From the human T2T-CHM13v2.0 reference genome, Homo sapiens, in assembly GCF_009914755.1 (NCBI RefSeq), contig NC_060928.1: DNA of 64,000 nt. One strand, 5' to 3'. The notes beneath the pieces are model-generated. The model did not search any database. It was not told the DNA's origin and saw only the letters and a list, made by a program, of their open reading frames with translations. The position numbers were made by a program, and so were the translations under genes. Shown piece after piece: positions 1-64,000 of this stretch. Position 1 is the first letter of the stretch. Every line of letters begins with the position of its first letter.

Positions 1-289
1 ATTAGGTATAAATAATTTTCAAAGTTTGATTTTAGAGGTATGATGACAGTGAATTTCTATTGATTTTCTGTTTTTTCATGTGAGTATTCTTTGATAAAGG
101 GACACTATTCTACTTACTCATCTGCAAGCTCAGGACAAATTACTCTCAGCTCTGTAAGCCCTCTCATGCTACTACTCTGTGGTTATGAGGACACACGAGG
201 GAAATAGCTGGAAAGATTTTGTAAAGTCTAAAGTAAATGCTAATGAATAGTAATTATTATATTTTGTTTGCTCCTTGTTATACCTATAG

Positions 290-630
<341 letters not shown>

Positions 631-715
631 AAGATTTTTTTTTTTAACTATTGACTGAAGATAGAATAATATGGCAATATAATATGAAACTAGTATTAAA
701 TTGGCAGGAGGGATG

Positions 716-1080
716 TGCATTAGTCTGTTCTCATGCTGCTAATAAAGACATACCCAAGACTGGGTAATTTATAAAGGAAAGGTTTAATGGACTCACAGTT
801 CCACATGGCTGGGGAAGCCTCACAATCATGGTGGACGGCAAAGGAGGAGCAAAGTCATGTCTTACATAAATGGCAGCAGGGAAGAGAGAGAGAATGTGCA
901 GGGAAACTCCCCTTTATAAAACCATCAGATCTTATGAGACTTATTCACTATCATGAGAACAACACAGGAAAGACCCACTCCAATGATTCAATTACCTCCC
1001 ACCCGGTCCCTTCCATAACACGTGGGAATTATGGGAGCTACAATTTGAGATGTGGGTGGCGACACAGCCAAACCATATCA
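716..1080 (-). mobile_element. THE1-family MaLR solo LTR
   Basis: tgcattagtctgttctcatgctgct...cacagccaaaccatatca; imperfect 5-bp TSD ggatg/gaatg. Confidence 0.88.
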
Positions 1081-1164
1081 GAATGTGTACAAAAGACATT
1101 ATTTGTTATAGAGCCTAGAAAAAGGAGCAATTCACGTGGTGGAATCTAAGAAAGGCTCCCACAA

Positions 1165-1481
1165 GGGTGGGTGTGATGGCTCACACCTGTAATCCCAGCA
1201 CTTTGGGAGGCTGAGGCTGGACAATTACTTGAGGCCAAGAGCTCTAGACCAGCCTGGGCAACATAGTGAGACCCTGTCTCTACAAAAAATTTAAAAATTG
1301 GTCGGGCATGGTGACACAGACCTGTAGTCCCAGCTACTTGGGAGGCTTGGGATGGGAGGATCACCTGCACCCAGGAGATCGAGGCTGCAGTGACCATGAT
1401 TGCACCACTGCACTCCAGCCTGGGGAACACAGTAAGACCCTGTCTCAGAAAGAAAAAAAAAAAAAGAAAGAAAGAAAAAAA
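1165..1481 (+). mobile_element. AluJ
   Basis: Alu consensus, A-tail, TSD-like aaaggctc/aaaggctt. Confidence 0.88.
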
Positions 1482-2019
1482 AGGCTTCACAGAGATGAGA
1501 CATTTAAGACATGTTTTTTCATAAAAAGAAATGAGGAAAAGGAAATTCCACAGAGAAACCACAGAATGAATAGAGGCATCGATTTAGGAAAAAGCAAGCA
1601 CGAAAAGGCAAGTAGTTCATTTTGACAGTAGTCCCTGTGTATGTGTGGTGGGGTGGGGGGGATATATATAACTATAACTATCAGTGAGATAAATATAGAA
1701 AGGTTGGTTACAAGTGGATAATAGAAGGCCTTTAATTATATGCAAAGGATTTTGTTTTCTTTGTTTTTCTGTAGGCAAAAGGCCTACAACCATTAAGAAA
1801 AATAAGTGGTGTGATCAGACCTGTGTTTTCCACAGGCAACACTCAGGAGAATAAGAAGGATCTATTTGTGATGCCAGTTGTTAGATATAGAGACATTTGA
1901 GATGTTGTTGCCAAAGACCTCAACTCTGGTAGGAGTGATGGAGACAGAAAGAAGTAGATAGAAAATGGGATATTGATGATATCAGCCAATCAGCAATTAA
2001 TCCATTAGGGGAGGGTTTT

Positions 2020-2840
<821 letters not shown>

Positions 2841-3801
2841 CTAAACTCTCTGAGCCTTAATTCCTTACCCTCAAAAATGAGAATAATAATAATAATACTT
2901 ATTTTGCATGATTGATATAGAAAGTCGTGTTGCTTAACTCCTTAGCATCTGTCTCAGCTTTCTTCCAGCAACATGCCTTTCATCTGGGATCTGCTTACTC
3001 CGCTCAGAAAGTGCATGGATGAGATTCCATCCTGATCCACAAGGTAGACTGACTACCCCATTGGCTTCCACAGTGATTGCCTCAGGGGTAGACATATGAC
3101 CCAAATCGGGTGAAGACTTTTGTTTTGAGCAGATTTTTTCTGTACACAGGCTGTGAAGCTGAGAGCTGGATATATATAAAGTTTAGAGCTGCTGTAACCC
3201 TCTTGCAATCTCAGAGGAGCTCCTGGAATTGCAAGATAGACTGCATGGAGCCTGAAGATGAAGCCCTCATAGCAAGAGGCGGAGTGAAGAGACAGAGAAA
3301 TGGAGTCATTAAGGACATTGGTTAAGTCCTTGTTTTCAGTAGTGCCTGTAATCAGCCATTCTGGTGGATTTTTCAGTTACTTGACTTTAATAATAAACAG
3401 TTGCGCTGTAATCATAAATACCTCCTAAATGCTCACGTGCTTACAACAACAAAAATTATCTCTTGCTGATGCTACATGGGCTACCTGCAGCGCTGCTTTA
3501 TTGTTGTTTTTAATCTGGGACTCAGTAAAATAGAGCAGTCTCTCTCTAGAAAATCACCTGTTGTAACGGAGGAAAAGAAAAGTAGGAAAAGAAGTGCTCG
3601 CTCTAAACTATCTGCCTGAAGTTGCTTGCTTCCCACTTGCATATAATTGGCCAGAACAAATCACATGGTCAAGATTGATGTCACAGGGTGGAGAGGGGCA
3701 GCAAAGTTTTTTGAAAAATAATAATGCAATCTACAAGTAAATTTCCCTTTTGCTTAAGTGAGCTTGGGCTATATTTTCTGTCACGTGCAACCGAAAGAAT
3801 C

Positions 3802-4022
3802 TTTTTTTTTTTTTTTTTTTGAGACAGAGTCTCACTCTGTCACCCAGGTTGTAGAGCAATGACGCCATCTCAGCTGACTGCAACCTCCGCCTCCCAGGTT
3901 CAAGTGATTCTCATACCTCAGCCTCGCAAGTCGAGTAGCTGGGATTACAGGCGCCCTCCAACGCACCTGGTTAATTTTTGTATTTTAGTAGAGACGGGGT
4001 TTTGCCATATTGGCCAGGCTGG
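3802..4022 (-). mobile_element. 5'-truncated Alu
   Basis: Poly-T tail, right arm and part of left arm; TSD agaatctt on both sides. Confidence 0.85.
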
Positions 4023-4394
4023 AGAATCTTAACTAAGGAAAGGTGATGAAAGAATTAGATATTTTATATAAAATCATCAACACATGGTAAGTACTCAAAA
4101 TATCGGACCTTCTGTTTCCAAGTGCATGAACACAGATTAAGTGAAAATTATCTTTCTTAAAAAAAAAGATGTGCTCAATTTCTTTAATATACATTTTATT
4201 CACTTATCTCACTAACATTTATTCAGTTTTTTTTTTTTAAATTTGGCAGACACTGTGCTAGGTGCTGGGAATACAAAATGAGTACAATGCGCTTACATTT
4301 TAGTTATTCAGTAGATTTTCTTTTAAGAAATAACAATATGAGGTTTCAGTGTCTTATATTGATAATATCAAACTCTTACAGTCTGAGCATATGA

Positions 4395-10196
<5,802 letters not shown>

Positions 10197-10199
10197 TCA

Positions 10200-11510
10200 A
10201 TCCTTACCTTGCTCCACAAGAAATTGACAGAGTTGATCCTTCCTTTATTCGTTACTTGCTCTGTCTATAACTCCTCCTCCTGGTTTTCCTCCTATGATCA
10301 GTCCTCTAGCCTCTGCTATACTGTCACCACATTCACCCCCTGGGTGTTCTCATTCAGCCATCTGGCTTTAAGCATCACCTCTACACTGATGGCTCCCAAT
10401 TTTCTGACTACACCCAAGCTTCTCTCTACAACTCCAAAACAGTTTATCCTATTGCCTTCTTGATTAACAAGCATCTTACAGTTATCATTACCAATCTGTA
10501 TTCCAGACACACATAGCTTAAACCTGCACCTTCCTCAGGGTTTCCCAGTCCAGTAGAGTTTACCTTGGAGTAACCCCTAAAGCCAACCCTGGAGTAATCC
10601 CTAATCCCTTTTCTTCTTTCCCCCCAATTTCTAATCCATCATCAAATCTGTGGACTCTTACTTTCAAAACATGTCTTGAATCTAATAACTTCTCCTCTCT
10701 TCCCTTCTAGGATATCACCTGACCTGAACTCTGAAGTAGTCTCTGCTAACTGGCTTTCTGCTTCCATTTTTGTCCTATTATTTTTCACACAGCAGCCAGA
10801 TGAATCTTTAAAAACTGAAGTCAGATCATGGCTCTTCTCTATTCAAAACCTTCCAACTGCTTCTTTTCATCCTCTGCCCTCAGGTGTGATCACGACTCAT
10901 TCCCTCATTTCCCATGTCCCCTCAGCTCTCTGCACAAATATCACTTCATCAGAGAGATCTTCCCTAATATCATCTCAAATACCAGTGCCTTCCGCCTCCA
11001 CCCTCTGGTTCCTGTTGTATTTTTCGTTGCCCCTTGATATTACACTATGTGTTTATCTGTTTATGTTCTCTTTCCCTCAGGAGAATGTAAACGCATCAAG
11101 AGGATCTTGTCTTTCACTAATTGTATTTTCAGGCGGGGCCCAGAGGCTCACGCCTGTAATCCCTGCACTTTGGAAAGCTGAGGGGTGGATCACTTGAGGT
11201 CAGGAGTTCGAGACCAGCCTGGCCAACATGGTGAAACCCCATCTTTACTAAAAATACAAAAATTAAGTCGGGCGTCGTGGCGCATGCCTGTAATCCCACC
11301 TACTCGGGAGGCCGAGGCAAGAGAATCAGCTTGAACCCGTGAGGTGGAGGTTGCAGTGAGCCGAGATGGTGCCACTGCACTCCAGCCTGAGCAGCAGAGC
11401 GACACTCCATCTCAAACAAACAAACAAACAAACAAACAAAAAACAAACATATTTTCAATGCCAAAAAAGGTCTGGAATGAGGTGGGCACTCAGATGCTTT
11501 ATTAACCACT
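10200..11510 (+). mobile_element. Degraded L2 fragments interrupted by an AluS (~11132-11446)
   Basis: CT-rich L2-like sequence; Alu TSD tattttca. Confidence 0.65.
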
Positions 11511-11893
11511 CTAGGTATTATTCTAACACTTTATGTGCCTATTAAATTATCCCGACATATTAGATTTGCTGAATTGCAGTCCATATTTCGTAGATATGAT
11601 AGCTGAAGCACGGAATCATTAGGTAACTTGCCCAAAGTGGCATTCACGACTCATAAATGGCTTAGGATGTAAACTCAGTTTTATTCCCTGGGACGCCCTC
11701 TCTGCTCTTCAGCACTTGAAGTTCAGGCAGCGAGAGTTGACATGGGGCCAGGGCTGCGCCCCTGGGGCGGGTTGAAGACAGGGTGAGTCTCTTGATATTC
11801 AGGAAATCATCGCGCACCCAGTCACCAGCGTTCGGGAGCCTGTCGCAGCGGGACCGACGGAATCCGGAGCAGGCGACAGGGCGCAGAAGCGGG

Positions 11894-62409
<50,516 letters not shown>

Positions 62410-62599
62410 GTACAGTAAAAAGTCTCATTGAACATTTTTACTTCTGTGGGAGGGATGCATTCATATGATGTAACAAATGCTCTCTGAAAAGAGCCTGCAT
62501 TTGCCTCTATGGTTATCAATCTTTTGGTTTCCAGAATTCCCCTCTTACCCTTCAGAGAATAGCAATAGGATGCTTAACTGCACAGTGGGCTATGAGTTA

Positions 62600-63065
62600 A
62601 CTATTAGTTACTGATGACTACAAAAATGCTGCATAATGAAACATCCCAAAACGTAAAGGCTCAAAATGACAATAATTTATTTTACAGATCTGCAGTTCAG
62701 TGGAGGACCTGCTGATCTAGGCTGAACTCATCTGGGTGGCTTTGCAAATTTTATCTGAGTTTGTGTACATGTCTGGGAGTTGGCTAGGGACTGGCTGACC
62801 TAGGCCTGGCTGGAGCAATTTAGCTCTGCTTCCTATGTCTTTCATTCTCCTCCTGGGGCGAGCAAGCATGTTCTTCCCACAGTAGTGCCAGAGGTGCAAG
62901 ATAGCAAGACCAAACATTGCTTTAGTCAAAGCAGTCATAAAGCTGAACCTAAGTCAAAGGCTAGGGAAATATACACAGCCTCTTCAGTGGGAGGAACTGC
63001 AAAGTCATATGCAAAAGACATGGATCACAGAGGGGTGAAGAATTGGGGCTATAATGCAATCAAAC
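62600..63065 (-). mobile_element. Old MLT1 MaLR LTR
   Basis: Degenerate MLT1 motifs (aataatttattt...; ggaactgcaaagtcatatgcaaa). Confidence 0.55.
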
Positions 63066-63966
63066 TGCTAGAGGAAGGGATACTTTTCCTACATGTTGGC
63101 TCTAGTTTCATCACTTAAGACCTTCCACTAAAGACCTTCCACTATATGAGTTTCAATGCTAGCCATCCTTCCTTTTATCCTTTGTGGGTGCTTACAGGGT
63201 TTTTATTGTGTAGTAACTCAGGTTATTTGCCCTCTTGAGGCTACAGAATAATGACTAACTCTGTAGGTAAGAGCTGGAGTCTGTCCAGAAGGGAGTGGAT
63301 TTTCTCGATGTCAGCCATGAGAGGAAGAGTTGGGCTGTTAGAGAAGAAATCAGAACCTGGGAAGTGGGATTCAGATAAAAAAGGGATTTTCCCAGCATGT
63401 GACTCCAATGGAAAACAAAAACTACTTTATAAACCAGGCTTTCTAGTTGTATGTCTCCCTTCATGCCTATTTTTCTTTAAATCTTAACTGTAAAGGAATC
63501 AGTAGAAAAGTATTCCCCTTATGAGAGATGACCAAGGGGTAAAAAAAAGTAAACTTCAAGCCAGATCAAATAAAAATACAGACTCTGAACAAGGGCAAGG
63601 TTGTCAGGGCCCATCATGAGTGAGTCTTGACACGGACAGACTTGCTAGTATAAATGAGCAGAAATAGGAAAATCAGAAGTAGGCTTAATTTGTTATTGAG
63701 ATATTCAGAAGGGAAAGTGGGGCAGGCCCTTAAACATGATGGTCTATTGATCGAAGCAGCAGTAGATAAGATTACCCAGGCAAAGAGAGTAGAGAGAGAA
63801 CAAAAATCTAAGCAACAAAAATTAGAGGTGCTTATCATTAAAAGATAAAAGTAAATTACCCAAAAAAGGATGTAGAAAAGAAATAGTTAAGAGACATGGG
63901 GGAAAACCAAGATAGTACATAGCCATAAAGTCCAAAGGTAGAGAAAGCTTTTAAAAAGAGGGACTG

Positions 63967-64000
63967 GGGCCAGGTGCGGTGGCTCACACCTGTAATCCCA
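63967..64000 (+). mobile_element. Alu 5' end (cut by window)
   Basis: ggccaggtgcggtggctcacacctgtaatcc. Confidence 0.85.

Noticed and set aside
11798-11806. TTCAGGAA as a promoter GAS site
   Set aside because: Spacing is TTC-N2-GAA, not the canonical N3
11783-11893. GTG-initiated N-terminal extension of HERC6
   Set aside because: The frame is open but there is no support; the recognised protein starts MYFCWG at 11894

Overview
Human (primate) genomic DNA containing about 11.7 kb of repeat-rich upstream sequence and the 5' part of HERC6, an interferon-stimulated RCC1-like-domain (RLD) + HECT E3 ligase, on the + strand. I traced 16 coding exons (11894-62409, 2106 nt = codons 1-702). All have GT-AG boundaries and the phases join into one continuous frame: RLD blades, spacer, then the start of the HECT region. 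The rest of the gene lies beyond the window. The CpG-island promoter is followed in intron 1 by an ISRE/IRF cluster and a ~1.5 kb layered AT-only tandem array. The remainder is dense in Alu, L1, L2, MIR, ERV/MaLR LTR and DNA-transposon relics; family names are from recall of consensus sequences, not a database search. There is no prokaryotic-type system, CRISPR array or RNA gene, and nearly all track ORFs are repeat artefacts. The best leads are: (1) a candidate poison micro-exon in intron 7 whose consensus donor was created by an Alu insertion and which sits in the loop of an inverted Alu pair; (2) a 51-bp locally templated insertion inside an Alu; (3) the ISRE cluster next to the AT array; (4) an LTR carrying GAS and kB motifs; (5) a GAS-less MER41A nested in an Alu.
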